Positions 9,961 to 20,674 are shown, counted from the first letter of the stretch. The stretch: 44,051 bases of DNA from Chrysochromulina tobinii (GCA_001275005.1 JWZX01003181.1:1-44051); one strand, 5' to 3'. Notes: generated from the letters alone by a model not told the origin. Numbers and translations are program-made.

Positions 9961-10989
9961 CTACTCCGCTTGCGCTGGCACCGGAGCTTTCTCGTACAGC
10001 CCGAGCTTGGGTATTTCGAAGGCGAGCGCCCTAGCCATCCGAATCTCGACGAGCTCCGCACGCTCCTCCGACTCCTCAATCTGCCGCAGCAGCTTCCGAG
10101 CTGCCTTTTTGGCCGTCGCCGACTCAGCCACCTCGTTGTACTCGTTGACGCGCGCTTTGAGGATGGATTCCAAGTCGGCCGAGGCCTTCTCGACCTCACC
10201 GAGCCGCCAGTTCGCAAGCGCGCGCCGGTACAGCGACTTTGTGTCTCCCGGCTGCAGCTCGAGCACCTTGTCGCATGAGAAGATGCATAGCGTGTAGTCT
10301 CGCGTCTTGAGCGCCGCGCCCGCAGTGTTCTTGCGTATCTGCACGTGTACGTCGTCGAGGAGCGTCTGGTCCTGGTCGTTGGTCGCGCAATACATCTCGA
10401 AACCGACGCATCCCTGCATGTACATGGTGAGTGCCGCGTGGTAGTTCTTCTCCTTGAACTTGTGGTTCCCGTTGATCCTCAGCTGCACACCCGACTGGAT
10501 TATCGGCAGCATCTGCGTTGCGGGAAGCACCTGCCGCTGGCGCGGCGGCATCTTCGCCGCCTCAGCCTCGAGACCACAACGCATGTTGTGGAACCACTCG
10601 CCCTCAATGCGCTTCGCATTCTCGGGGTCGTTGTTCAGCTCATCGCGCACGCGCTCCAGCATGTGCAGCAGCGACTGCTGGCGCACCGCCTGCACAAATG
10701 AGGTGCCATTCTTGCGCGTCTCCTTGAGCGCCGCGAAGAGGATGTGCTGGACCATTTTGAGCCGGAGGATCGGGTAGATGAGCCGCTGAGACTCAGCGTC
10801 GAGGTCCTGCAGAGCCACCGCAAGCTGCTCGCGCTGGCCAGTCAGCTCGTGGAGCGACTCAAACTCATCCATCTTCTTCATGATCTTGATCTCCTTCTCC
10901 TGATCGCCGCGGATGGCCTCCTGCGTCTCGGGCTCCTGCAGGAACTGGCGAAACTTCTCCTCGAAGGCATTATTCGGCTGGAACGACAT
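9961..10989 (-). CDS. Tetratricopeptide repeat protein (3-TPR co-chaperone type)
   Basis: GNHKFKEKNYHAALTMY, NTAGAALKTRDY...CDKVLELQPGDTKSLYRRALA. First ATG at 10989. Confidence 0.85.
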   Translation of the reverse strand: MSFQPNNAFEEKFRQFLQEPETQEAIRGDQEKEIKIMKKMDEFESLHELTGQREQLAVALQDLDAESQRLIYPILRLKMVQHILFAALKETRKNGTSFVQAVRQQSLLHMLERVRDELNNDPENAKRIEGEWFHNMRCGLEAEAAKMPPRQRQVLPATQMLPIIQSGVQLRINGNHKFKEKNYHAALTMYMQGCVGFEMYCATNDQDQTLLDDVHVQIRKNTAGAALKTRDYTLCIFSCDKVLELQPGDTKSLYRRALANWRLGEVEKASADLESILKARVNEYNEVAESATAKKAARKLLRQIEESEERAELVEIRMARALAFEIPKLGLYEKAPVPAQAE

Positions 10990-11211
10990 GCTTCGGTAGA
11001 CCACAGCACCTCCGCTACATGCACAGGTGCTCGTGAAGCGCGGGCGGTTTCATGATAATGAAAAGTTCATCAGTCAAATGTGAAGTTACCCATTCCAAGC
11101 TGTTCCAGACGACCCTTCGCGAGTTGACCGATACGACGCGTACGAGCGCGGCGCCTTCCTTGACGCGAGAAGTGACGTGTGACTCCCTCGTGACGCGCTC
11201 GCGCGCCAATC

Positions 11212-14200
11212 ATGAGCGACTCGGACTCAGACGACGACGCCGTCGTGGACGCCAACGGCCTATCCGCGTACGAGCGCCAGCGGCTCGAGAACATCGAGAA
11301 GAACAAGAAAGTGCTCGAGTCGCTCGGGCTGCTGGACGGAGGTGGCAGAATGGTGCAGCGGGGTGGCGGCCCTTCATTCCAGCGCAAGCAGCAGCCGCGC
11401 GAGCCGCGCGAGCGACCTCAAGTTGAGCGGCGCGTACGCGAACAACGTTCGGTCAAGGCGCCCGAGCGGCTCGACCCGGGCGCAGATCGGGTCCGCAGGA
11501 TGCTAGCCGCCGCCGCTGCCGCCGCCGCCGCTGCTGCTGCCGAAGGAGAGCTGGTGGCGCCGCTCTTGCCAGCGCCAGCGCCAGCGTCGGGGCCCTCGGC
11601 CGCGGCTGGATCGTCATTCTCATTCGTGCCGGTGGCCAAGCGCCCGTTCGAGGGCTCTCTCGAGCGGCGCCTCGAGTTGGGTATCCCTGACGAGATTGTG
11701 TACGCCCACTTCCACAAGGTTCCGAGCGCCTTCCTCGCTAGTATCCCGGGCGCATCGGGCGCATCGGGCGCATCGGGCGCATCGGCCAAGCGGCCCTCGC
11801 CGTATGCAGTCCGTGCGGGCGTATGCGCCGCGTCGGCCAAGCTGCCGTCACAGTCCGCCGCCCAGCGCCGAAGCAAGCTTGAAGCTCTCCAGTTTACACT
11901 CCAAGCGCCCGAGTGCCCCGAGTGTGGTGGCGAGGCAACTGCCATGGAGCGCACCACGGGGCGCCAGCGCTTCCGCTGCATGGTGTGTGCGACAGAGTGG
12001 GCGGCGAACCTGTGCGGGGTGTGCGGGCAGCCTAAAAAGGGCCATGTGTGCCAGGGGCGCGGCGCCTGGGCCGGTGTGAATGCTGGTGAGCAGACTGTTG
12101 AGCAGGAGCAGCTAGGCGAGCAGCTAGGCGAGGAGCACGGAGAGGACGAGGAGGCCGAGGGCGAGGAGGCGGAGGGCGAGGAGGAGGAGGGTGAGGAGGA
12201 TGAGGGCGAGGAAAAGGATTGTGAAGATGAGGATGATGAGGAGGAGGAGGAGCAGGACGAGGGCGAGGAAGAGGACGAGGCGACGCGCGCGCCCCCCAAG
12301 AAAGGCGAGCGCCTGCAGATCTTCTACGAGGGCACCGGCGGTGGCTGGTATTGGGGGAAAGTGCTATCCGCCAATAAGCTCAGAGGCAAGGGAAAGGTGA
12401 CCACTACCGAGAAGCCCGAACGCAAGTCGGCGGGCGGGCGTAAGTCGGACGGCCCAGGAGCGTCTTTCCCCACAGCGTCTTTCCCCGAGGCGCATCGTCT
12501 CAAATGCACGCTGCTCATGGAGGCCACGGAGTGGGATGGCGAGGTTGAGGACGGCCCGTTCGACATGACCTTGGTTAAGTGGAGGCGCACGTTGCCCAGG
12601 GCAGATGCCAAGGCTGCAGCCAAGGCCAAGGGCGAGGCCAAGGCGGCGGCCAAGGCGGCGGCCAAGGCGGCGGCCAAGGTGGTGGCTAAGGCGGCGACCA
12701 AGGCGGCGCGCGCGGCATGCTCCGCGTGTCAGGGTTCGCACAAGGCTCACACGTGTGGCCGCCGGGGCTACCAGCGCCACAGGCAGTGGGCCGCGGGCGA
12801 GGACGAGGACGAGGGCGAGCACGAGGACGAGGACGAGGAGGAGAAGGATGCGACTGCCGGAGTGCCGTCCCCAGTGCGGGCTGGGGGCGACGGCGTGTGG
12901 CGCGATTTGGAGCTTCTCGTTCCAGCGAGCCTACGCGCCGACCGCAAGGTAGCCTTCCTGCATGATGGCGTGCGTTACTCGGCCACGGTCCCTGAAGGTC
13001 TCGAACCCGGTACCGTCTTCCTAGCCAGAGTCGCCATCAAGCCGCAGCTGTCTCTCGAAGCGCCGCCGCCCGCGGTCACGCCAGCTGAGTTTGTGAGCAA
13101 CGCGCGGCGCGCGGCGCGGCTCAAACGCAAGCACACGGAGTTCAAGCGGACGGGCGTTTTCCAACGGCTGCGCGCCGCTGCGCTGGCTGCGGAAGCAGTG
13201 GAGCGCGAGGCGGCCGAGGAGGCCTTTGCGCGTGGGGAACCAGGAGCGCGTGTCATGTGGGCCCACGAGCCCATGGTGATCCCGGTGGGCAGGCAGGTCG
13301 CTGGCGAGGGGGCGCACGCGCGCCGCCTCGGCCGTGCTGCTTGGGCAACGTCGTCGTCGCGGCACGGCCGCCAGTGGGTTGAGCTCGACGGTGAGCAGGG
13401 CGAAGAGGAGGCCGAGGAGGAGGTGCGCGCGGAGCTTGAAGCGGAGGCGGAGGAGCGCCGGCAGGCAGACTTTGCGAGCTGGCTACCCAAGCCAGGCTCG
13501 ATCCGTGCAGCGATCATCGAGGCGCTTCGAGAGGGAATCTGCGACCGAGATGCGATCTGCGACTTTGTGTCTCTCCAGCCGGAGGTGCAGGAGGCGCACC
13601 CGAACAAGTCGACCCTCCGCGCGACGATCGTGACCACGCTCGGCAAGGAGAAGAATAGCAAGGTGCCCCTGTTTGAGCAGGAGGACACGACATATCCACT
13701 CACCCGCGAGGGGCGGCTCGCCCTCGGCCGAGCAGAGGACGACGATCTCGACGATTGGAAGACGGCCGGCCTGGCCAGCTCGCCTGGCGGCAAGCGCGAC
13801 GATTGGAAGACGGCCAGCTCGGCCAGCTCCCCTGGCGGCAAGCGCCGCGGCGGCGCCAATAGCGGCCGCGCACGCGTCGAGGCGCCCGAGACGTCGCCGT
13901 CCGGGGAGGCCAGCAACGCGCCTCTTCTCGTGCCGCCGCCGCCGCCGCCCGCCCACTGGCAGTTTCCAATCAAGGGCGAACGCATTGAAGTCGAGGTAAG
14001 TTTGGGCGATACGACGGCGTGGGTGACGGCCGAGGTACTGACCATCCTCTTCGACGGCACCTTCCAGGCGCGCATTGAGCTGCCCGACCTGTCGGACAGG
14101 TGGGAGGATTGGTTCACGTGGCAGGAGGAGGGCACCGAATGGCGCCGTCGGGAGGAATGGAAGTCGCGCCCGCCACCCAAGAAGTGGAAGTGGCTGAACG

Positions 14201-15804
14201 AGGGCGATAGGGTCGAGGTTGAGATTCGCGTGGGCGAAGGCGACGAGGCAGCTGGTGCGTGGGTGACGGCCGAGGTGCTCACCGTCCTCATCGACGGCAC
14301 CTTCCAGGCGCGCATTGAGCTGCCCGATGGATCGGACCAGTGGGAAGACTGGTTCTCGTGGCAAGAGGAGGGCACCGAATGGCGGCGCGAAAAGACCGAC
14401 AAGAAAAGAAAGACTGAAAAGAAAAGAAAGCCACCGCCCGACGACTGGGTGTGGCTGCTCGAGGGCGAGAAGATAGAGGTCGAGGTGGCGGCGGGGGAGG
14501 ATGCGCCGCCTGCGTGGGTCAAGGCCAAGGTACTGGCCGTTCTCATCGACGGCACCTTCCAGGCGCGCATTGAATTGCCCGATGGATCGGACCAGTGGGA
14601 AGACTGGTTCTCGTGGCAAGAGGAGGGCAAGGACTGGCGCCGACGTACATTGGACGCGTGGCAGCTCCACCTAGAAGCGCGGGAGGCATATCAACGGCCC
14701 GCGAACCCCTCGGAGCTCTTTAGCAGTCTCGCGGCGCGCATTTCCGAGCTGAAGCGCGCTCTCGAGGACGACGCGGATGAGGTCGACGGCTGGTACCTCT
14801 GCTTCAAGCTGCGCAAGAAAACGGCGCAGGGCGCACGCCAGGGCGACATCAACGTCATCGACCCCCTCGACGGCGAATCGTTCCATTCACTCATAGCCAT
14901 CCGGCGCAAGCTTGGACTAGCTGCGGAGGAGGAGGGCGGCGAGGGAGTGCCGAGCCCGAGCAAGCACGACGCGCCTCAGGGCAGCAGCGGCGAGGCCGTT
15001 CGAGTCCTGCACGGCGCTCCGCTGGAGATGCCCCCTGGATGGGTGGGAGTGCGCCATGCCGCACCTTCGGGAACGTATACCACCTACGAGGGCCCAGGGG
15101 GCAAAAAGGCGCGCTCGCTGAGGGAGGCGTGGCGCGAGCACGAGGGCCTACCGCCGCCGGCCAAGCGATCCAGAGAAGAGGCTGATGCGGATAGGGAGAC
15201 GACCGTTGCGCAGAGTGCGCCAGTCGAGGAGCTGCCACCGGCGGTGGCGTCCTCCAACTCGCCAGCCCGCAAGGTTCCCAAGCGCGACAAGTGGCCCAGT
15301 AAGCCTCTGGGGTACCCCTCGCTGCAGCCGGGCGAGGCTCTAGTGCCGGGCGTGATGGCGGAGGCGATCATGCACGAAGAGGGACTCGAGGGCAGCCGCT
15401 TCGTGGTCGACGTCCTCGAGTTGCGCGGCAAGGGCGCCAAACGCGAGGCGTACGTGCAGTACCACGCCCTCTTTGACGAATTCCCTGTGGGTTCGGACGA
15501 AACTGACGAAACCTCTCTTGAAGAGCCGCCCTTGCTGCGCGAGTGGGTGAGCGCCACCGTACTGAGGCCGCCGCCGCCGCCGCCGCCGCCCGGCTGGCAT
15601 CGCAACCTCAAGACTGGCGACGCGGCGGAGGCGCAGCATGAGGGTGGCTGGTGGCAGGTCACTGTCCAGTCTCGCCTTCCAGGCAACGCGCGCCTTCAGG
15701 AGCCCCCCAGATTCGTCATCGAGGCCACCGGGTACGGCGTGCGGCGCACCGTGGAGATGCACACCTTACGACCGCCCTCCGACAAGGTGCAGTCGGTAGA
15801 TTGA
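11212..15804 (+). CDS. Large multidomain chromatin-associated protein (Zn fingers, acidic tracts, three Tudor-like repeats, MBD-like, C-terminal Agenet)
   Basis: 1530-aa open ORF. LSAYERQRLENIEKN motif; CxxC clusters; three GE.IEVEV...W..AEVL...DGTFQARI...WEDWF.WQEEG repeats; PPGW...YEGPGGKKARS (MBD-like); EEGLEGS...LRPPPP...GDAAEAQHEGGWWQVTV (Agenet). Confidence 0.8.
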   Translation: MSDSDSDDDAVVDANGLSAYERQRLENIEKNKKVLESLGLLDGGGRMVQRGGGPSFQRKQQPREPRERPQVERRVREQRSVKAPERLDPGADRVRRMLAAAAAAAAAAAAEGELVAPLLPAPAPASGPSAAAGSSFSFVPVAKRPFEGSLERRLELGIPDEIVYAHFHKVPSAFLASIPGASGASGASGASAKRPSPYAVRAGVCAASAKLPSQSAAQRRSKLEALQFTLQAPECPECGGEATAMERTTGRQRFRCMVCATEWAANLCGVCGQPKKGHVCQGRGAWAGVNAGEQTVEQEQLGEQLGEEHGEDEEAEGEEAEGEEEEGEEDEGEEKDCEDEDDEEEEEQDEGEEEDEATRAPPKKGERLQIFYEGTGGGWYWGKVLSANKLRGKGKVTTTEKPERKSAGGRKSDGPGASFPTASFPEAHRLKCTLLMEATEWDGEVEDGPFDMTLVKWRRTLPRADAKAAAKAKGEAKAAAKAAAKAAAKVVAKAATKAARAACSACQGSHKAHTCGRRGYQRHRQWAAGEDEDEGEHEDEDEEEKDATAGVPSPVRAGGDGVWRDLELLVPASLRADRKVAFLHDGVRYSATVPEGLEPGTVFLARVAIKPQLSLEAPPPAVTPAEFVSNARRAARLKRKHTEFKRTGVFQRLRAAALAAEAVEREAAEEAFARGEPGARVMWAHEPMVIPVGRQVAGEGAHARRLGRAAWATSSSRHGRQWVELDGEQGEEEAEEEVRAELEAEAEERRQADFASWLPKPGSIRAAIIEALREGICDRDAICDFVSLQPEVQEAHPNKSTLRATIVTTLGKEKNSKVPLFEQEDTTYPLTREGRLALGRAEDDDLDDWKTAGLASSPGGKRDDWKTASSASSPGGKRRGGANSGRARVEAPETSPSGEASNAPLLVPPPPPPAHWQFPIKGERIEVEVSLGDTTAWVTAEVLTILFDGTFQARIELPDLSDRWEDWFTWQEEGTEWRRREEWKSRPPPKKWKWLNEGDRVEVEIRVGEGDEAAGAWVTAEVLTVLIDGTFQARIELPDGSDQWEDWFSWQEEGTEWRREKTDKKRKTEKKRKPPPDDWVWLLEGEKIEVEVAAGEDAPPAWVKAKVLAVLIDGTFQARIELPDGSDQWEDWFSWQEEGKDWRRRTLDAWQLHLEAREAYQRPANPSELFSSLAARISELKRALEDDADEVDGWYLCFKLRKKTAQGARQGDINVIDPLDGESFHSLIAIRRKLGLAAEEEGGEGVPSPSKHDAPQGSSGEAVRVLHGAPLEMPPGWVGVRHAAPSGTYTTYEGPGGKKARSLREAWREHEGLPPPAKRSREEADADRETTVAQSAPVEELPPAVASSNSPARKVPKRDKWPSKPLGYPSLQPGEALVPGVMAEAIMHEEGLEGSRFVVDVLELRGKGAKREAYVQYHALFDEFPVGSDETDETSLEEPPLLREWVSATVLRPPPPPPPPGWHRNLKTGDAAEAQHEGGWWQVTVQSRLPGNARLQEPPRFVIEATGYGVRRTVEMHTLRPPSDKVQSVD

Positions 15805-16413
15805 GGTGCGCATGGTCTCCATCGCACCGTCGCAGATCGCGTGGCTCGCGTACGCCGTACTTTAGTGGGCGGTAGGCCAGGGCGGCGGCCGCCGAGGCTC
15901 GAGCCGCGTAGGCGGTTGGGGTGGCGGTTGTGCACATGGCGGGAGAACAATCCATGAACATCTGAGACGAACACGTGTGTCGTGTCTGTGTTGTGTCTGT
16001 GGGTGGGAAACCGGCGATTCGATCGGATTCCGACTGCTTTTCAGCGAACTTCAGACGACTTTCGAGTACGGTACAGTACGCAGGCAATCGTAATGTTTCC
16101 CTCGACGATCAAAACATAGAAATATACACTCTCCGCTATGATCCTATTCGATTCGATTGGGATTTGGGTGCCTCGTTGCTTCTAGGTCTCCGGGCTTCGT
16201 GCCGCGCTAGATAGCGAGAAGCTCTGGTGGAGGGACGGGTCACTCTAACAACACCGCCGGTGCCGTCGCGTGCATGCCCACGCACGTGACCTGAGTGTTG
16301 CCCTTCAAGGCCGAGAAGTAGCGGGGGAGGGTGCCTCTGTCGCGCCGCGCGTACCGATCGCCAACCACTGGGTGCCGATGAGATGTATGGCCTAGGTGCC
16401 CAGCGCGGCGCTC

Positions 16414-17622
16414 TCAGAGTTCCATTTTGGGTCTCGACTGTTGGTTGCGGCTATGGCGCACCATATCGACGAACTCGGTCACCGCGGAGCGCGGGTTGCC
16501 CACGAAGGCGTCCGCGCGCATCGCGATCGCCTGCTCGATCAGGAGCCGTGGACCCTCGTCCGAAAAGACAGTCCTCGGCGTCGCGTCCACATCGTCCGCA
16601 GCCCAGCTCCTGTAGTCATCCGCCGTTGGCGGCGCCAAAGGCGTGTAGCGTACGAGGGTGGGCAGCGCGGCACGCAGCTCGGCGAGCGCGCTCTCGTTGC
16701 GGCAGTTGGTCATCAGGAGCACTGGGCAGTCAGGACACTCCAGTTCCTCATTCAGTGCCTTGCGCACTCGTTTGACGACGCTTTCGAGGGGCGTGAGCAT
16801 GTTGTAGACGGATGGGACATAGTCGCCGTGCCGCCAGTGCACCGCCGCAAACTTGGATGCGCCGCGCGCGAGCAGCATCTCGTGGATGAAGCGTGCGGCC
16901 TCGTGGTCGAGCAGCGCGCTCGGCCTCAGACCTTGGTCGAGCTTGACGAATACTTTCATATCGGACACGATCGTGTGTGCGTGGTGGCCGACGTCGAAGA
17001 CGGCGGCGATAGGGACATCGCCCAGCCATGCAGCCAGCGCCTTCTGCGTTTCAGTCCGGGACAGGGGAAGGGCACCGCAACGGAGCGCGTCGATGCGTAA
17101 GTGGCGGCCATACAACTCACCGACGCCGGCCTGGGCATTGGTTTCTGAATCGAATTCGAATGCGAAGTTGGACTGCAGCCCGGTACGGCCATGCTTGCAG
17201 GGATGAGCTTGTAGATGACCGAGCAGCGCGTCGTCGCTATTCGGCGTGCTCGGCACAGAGGCAGGTAGCTTGGCCATGGCGCCTCCCGTCGCCAGAACGG
17301 CGCGGTCGATGCGATCAATGTTCACGTCGTGGAAGTCATCAGCGTCGACACCGCTCTGCCGGAGACGGTCGATATCGTACAGCTCCGACCAGCGCACGAA
17401 TTGCGGCACGCGACCTTGCGGCGAATTCATGAAGGCATTCGCAAACTGTTGCGCCTGATCGGGGTACCACTCTGGGGGTGGTATGAGGAGAGTGCGTCCG
17501 GTGATGTGCGCGAGCGCGACGGCGGTCGCGAGCGCCCGCCGCTGCACTCCAAAGTAGATGTGGCAGTTGCCCGGGTCGCACGGCGTGACGAGCAGGTAGC
17601 GCTTGGCGCCAACCACGTTCAT
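16414..17622 (-). CDS. GDP-fucose protein O-fucosyltransferase family glycosyltransferase
   Basis: AVALAHITGRTLLIP, AVHWRHGD, LIEQAIAMRADAFVGNPRSAVT are O-FucT (GT-B) family motifs. C-terminus KMEL. Start uncertain (ATG 17622 or 17769, or an upstream exon). Confidence 0.8.
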   Translation of the reverse strand: MNVVGAKRYLLVTPCDPGNCHIYFGVQRRALATAVALAHITGRTLLIPPPEWYPDQAQQFANAFMNSPQGRVPQFVRWSELYDIDRLRQSGVDADDFHDVNIDRIDRAVLATGGAMAKLPASVPSTPNSDDALLGHLQAHPCKHGRTGLQSNFAFEFDSETNAQAGVGELYGRHLRIDALRCGALPLSRTETQKALAAWLGDVPIAAVFDVGHHAHTIVSDMKVFVKLDQGLRPSALLDHEAARFIHEMLLARGASKFAAVHWRHGDYVPSVYNMLTPLESVVKRVRKALNEELECPDCPVLLMTNCRNESALAELRAALPTLVRYTPLAPPTADDYRSWAADDVDATPRTVFSDEGPRLLIEQAIAMRADAFVGNPRSAVTEFVDMVRHSRNQQSRPKMEL

Positions 17623-17845
17623 TTGTGACGGCACAACGCTGTCGCAGACGTTCGCAGAGGTCCCGAACCCCTGTGAAGTGCGAGGTTTGTGCGTGAATGA
17701 TTTGTGTCGTGAGGAATTCTGACGGCCACGTTGCGTTTGAAGCAGACAAACATTCACACACACACACATTCACAGATAATCGAGAAAACCTTTTTCGTGT
17801 TTGCATGTGCTCTCTCTGCCGACTCTGCCGCGGCCGTGACCCCTC

Positions 17846-18355
17846 ATGTTGAGGTTGTTTTTGATCTTACTATCGCTGTCGGGTCACGTCGCTTTGTCGC
17901 CAGCAAGTCCGACCTTCCGCCGTGCGAAAGTGCGTTCTACCTCGAGCCCGCGCTGTGCAGGCTTGAAGTGCTCCTCTGATGACGAATCCACGCCGCTCGT
18001 GATCGCCTCCGCGGCGGGCCTGCTCGCAAACCCCGTAATGTGGGTCTCGCTCTATTCGGTCGCCACGACGGGTGGTGGGCTCCCGGCTGGGCCTTTTGGT
18101 CTCGTGGGTTTGGTGGAGGGCATTTCATACCTTGTCGTTGTGGGCTTCGTTGGTGCAGCACTCTTCAAGAAGATGACGACCGGGTCTGGGCTCCCTGCTG
18201 GTCCGGCTGGGCTTCTCGGCGCAGCCGAAGGCCTCTCATTCCTGTCAATCCTTGCGGGCGTCGGCGTGCTCGCACTATTGGTCGGCCAGCTGAACTGTGT
18301 GCCGAACGCTCTTCCACTGTTGGATTACTCGGACAAGGTGAACGTGTGCGACTGA
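17846..18355 (+). CDS. Conserved plastid-type small membrane protein with duplicated GLPAGP-GLxG-EG motif
   Basis: Signal peptide followed by a Ser/Arg-rich transit-like stretch; internal repeat TGGGLPAGPFGLVGLVEGISYL / TGSGLPAGPAGLLGAAEGLSFL; hydrophobic helices. Confidence 0.8.
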   Translation: MLRLFLILLSLSGHVALSPASPTFRRAKVRSTSSPRCAGLKCSSDDESTPLVIASAAGLLANPVMWVSLYSVATTGGGLPAGPFGLVGLVEGISYLVVVGFVGAALFKKMTTGSGLPAGPAGLLGAAEGLSFLSILAGVGVLALLVGQLNCVPNALPLLDYSDKVNVCD

Positions 18356-18743
18356 TGAGATTCCCGTATACCTGCAGTACCAGTACAGAAATGTTACTGG
18401 GCTTATTAGTGAGGTCTCGATGGGAATGTGTCCTGTAGAGAGCGACACGTCACGGTCGCTTCCGCGAGACTGAGTCTGTTGAGAGGCCAGGGTCGAACCG
18501 TGTGTACCGTGCCGGATACCGTGCATTGATACCGTGGCGCCGACGTCCGGGCGCGCCGCCCGCGCGTCCCGTCCGTCCCGCGTCCGGACTATGTGGACTA
18601 ACAATAATCACTATGTGAATCGTACCAGACCCGACCGCGACGCTCGCGGCTTATCACACACACAGTATGACCCCGTGCACATACGCGTATGAGACCAGCA
18701 CGAAGACTCGGCGAGAGGGTGTCCGAAAGGTCGCGCCGTCCGG

Positions 18744-19472
18744 TCACCCGGCACCACTCAACACCATGTGCTGCTGTGCTCCCGCCGCTTTCATCGGCCC
18801 ACCCTTAGCTCCGAGAAGCATCATCATCTGTTCCATGGTCTGCGGCTGCGCACCACCTGGCTGCATCGGCACGCTGACGCCGCTGTGTTCGCTGACCCCG
18901 CCCATCATGCTCTGCTCGAGTGGTCCTGGAACGCGCGCATTCGGGCAGCGGTTCGCGTAGTGCCCCGTTTGCCAGCACTTGTAGCACGTGATCGCCATCT
19001 CGCGGTCGAAGGCCGTCATCGTACCACGCGGCACGTGAGAGCCGGCCATCGACGGCAGCTCGTACTTTGGGTGCCCGAATTGGCAATTCGGCCCGTCGGG
19101 GCACAGGCCTGCGAGGTATTTGGGGCACGGCTTCTTTTGTGTGTGCCGGTTGCGGCAGCGTGGGCCGTGCTTGCAGAAGCCACGCGCATACCATGGGCAC
19201 TCATCAACCTTCTCGTCGGGCTGCACGTGCTTGAAGAGGCACTCCTTGTTGCCGCACTCGCCGAACTGCGTAAAGTCCCAGCAGTCGGGCATTCGATCGT
19301 GGTCCAGCTTGTGCAGGAAGTCGCAGTCGTCACCCTTTTTGCAAAGGCCGCGCAGCCAGTGCTTGCACACGACCTTGTAGCGCCGTGAGTTGTATGAGGC
19401 GGGCGGCTCACGCGGAGGCTCCGGCTCGACGCCGAGTACCGCGTCGACATCAATGTCGTAAAGGTCGTCCAT
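18744..19472 (-). CDS. CPSF4: Cleavage and polyadenylation specificity factor 30 kDa subunit (CPSF30/Yth1)
   Basis: VVCKHWLRGLCKKGDDCDFLH and CPWYARGFCKHGPRCRNRH; four CCCH fingers plus a CCHC knuckle CYKCWQTGHYANRC. Confidence 0.92.
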   Translation of the reverse strand: MDDLYDIDVDAVLGVEPEPPREPPASYNSRRYKVVCKHWLRGLCKKGDDCDFLHKLDHDRMPDCWDFTQFGECGNKECLFKHVQPDEKVDECPWYARGFCKHGPRCRNRHTQKKPCPKYLAGLCPDGPNCQFGHPKYELPSMAGSHVPRGTMTAFDREMAITCYKCWQTGHYANRCPNARVPGPLEQSMMGGVSEHSGVSVPMQPGGAQPQTMEQMMMLLGAKGGPMKAAGAQQHMVLSGAG

Positions 19473-19720
19473 CGCGATTGGAGGCTAGCGAGGCTGTCGC
19501 GCGCTCTCGCGAGAAGAGGGTTCCGCCCTCCTCGTGTGGCTCCGAAGAGGCCTGTGAATAATGCGCGAGGTTTCGGACTCCTCTTGTTCACGCCCCCACT
19601 CTTATGGTCCCGGCTCCTCCGGAGTCTTTTTACCGGTCGTTCACGACTCCACCTGCGTGCCGCGACAGGCCGTGCGCTATCGAGTGGTAATCGGTACGGC
19701 CGGCAGCGGCGCCCGACCCG

Positions 19721-20248
19721 ATGCGTTACGTCTTCACCACCACCGTGAAGCCTGGCAAAATTGACGGGTACCTGCACTATCACGATAACATCTGGCCCGA
19801 GGTCGCCGCCGGCCTACGGCAGGCGGGCTTGACAGAACTGCACATCTATCGAGTGCCCGGTACCGACCGCCTGATAATGGTCGTCGAGACAGCAGGCGTG
19901 GACCTGAAAGAGGCCACGGGTCCGGGCTCTCTGTACCGCAGCGACCCAGTGTGTGAGCGGTGGGAATCAATGATGGACGCTGACTACCACGGGGGCTGGA
20001 CGGAGGTCGTCCGAGTACACTCATCCGACGTTGAGTGGAACAAGGCCCTCGCACTGCCTCTGGAGAGCCGCTTCTACGAGACGCGTCCGACGGAGCTGAC
20101 CAGCGCAGCCCTTGGCGGTAGCGGCTCTGCGCCAGCTGCCAGCAAGGCTATCGCTAAGGCCGTGAACGAATCGACCCTCGCGTTCGGCGCTGGCGTCTTG
20201 TGCGGCGCGCTACTGCTTGCTCTCGGATCGCGCCTCATGTCAAAGTAG
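19721..20248 (+). CDS. rhaM: L-rhamnose mutarotase-like protein with C-terminal hydrophobic tail
   Basis: VKPGKIDGYLHYHDNIWPEVAAGLRQAGL...IY...DPVCERWESMM matches the RhaM/YiiL pattern. C-terminal LAFGAGVLCGALLLALG. Confidence 0.8.
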   Translation: MRYVFTTTVKPGKIDGYLHYHDNIWPEVAAGLRQAGLTELHIYRVPGTDRLIMVVETAGVDLKEATGPGSLYRSDPVCERWESMMDADYHGGWTEVVRVHSSDVEWNKALALPLESRFYETRPTELTSAALGGSGSAPAASKAIAKAVNESTLAFGAGVLCGALLLALGSRLMSK

Positions 20249-20674
20249 ACGCTGCGGAACCTCTGCCGTGGCCAAGGCTGTGGCATTTACCAACGGTGGC
20301 ATTGAGTCGAAGAGAACACACAGTAAATCATAGATCGCAAGCTCCTTGGGCCAAATCCTCTTTTGATACCGTCAGACTGACGGACTGACTCAGTGCCCAG
20401 AGAGGCGCGCGTGCATGCAGCGATTTCCTTTCGCCGGTCCTCGTACGGTAGTGTCACCAGAGTGATACCAGAGTGCAGACGGTGCGCACAATAAATATTC
20501 TGTGAAAATAAACATTAGGTAGAATTCTGTAAGCACGGTTCATGGGACCCAACGTGTAAGAATGACCTACCCACCAGTTACCCCTTTTTGTGTTCAGACT
20601 TTTTGTTACGAGGCATGACGAGTTTCGTCATGATCTTTCGGGACTTATTTCGGGACTCGTCGTCTTCACGCGTG

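Noticed and set aside
16300..16322. Minus-strand TACTTCTCGGCCTT resembling the U2 snRNA 5' end
   Set aside because: Not followed by the U2 GCTAAGATCAAGTGTAGTA branch-recognition sequence or an Sm site; likely chance.
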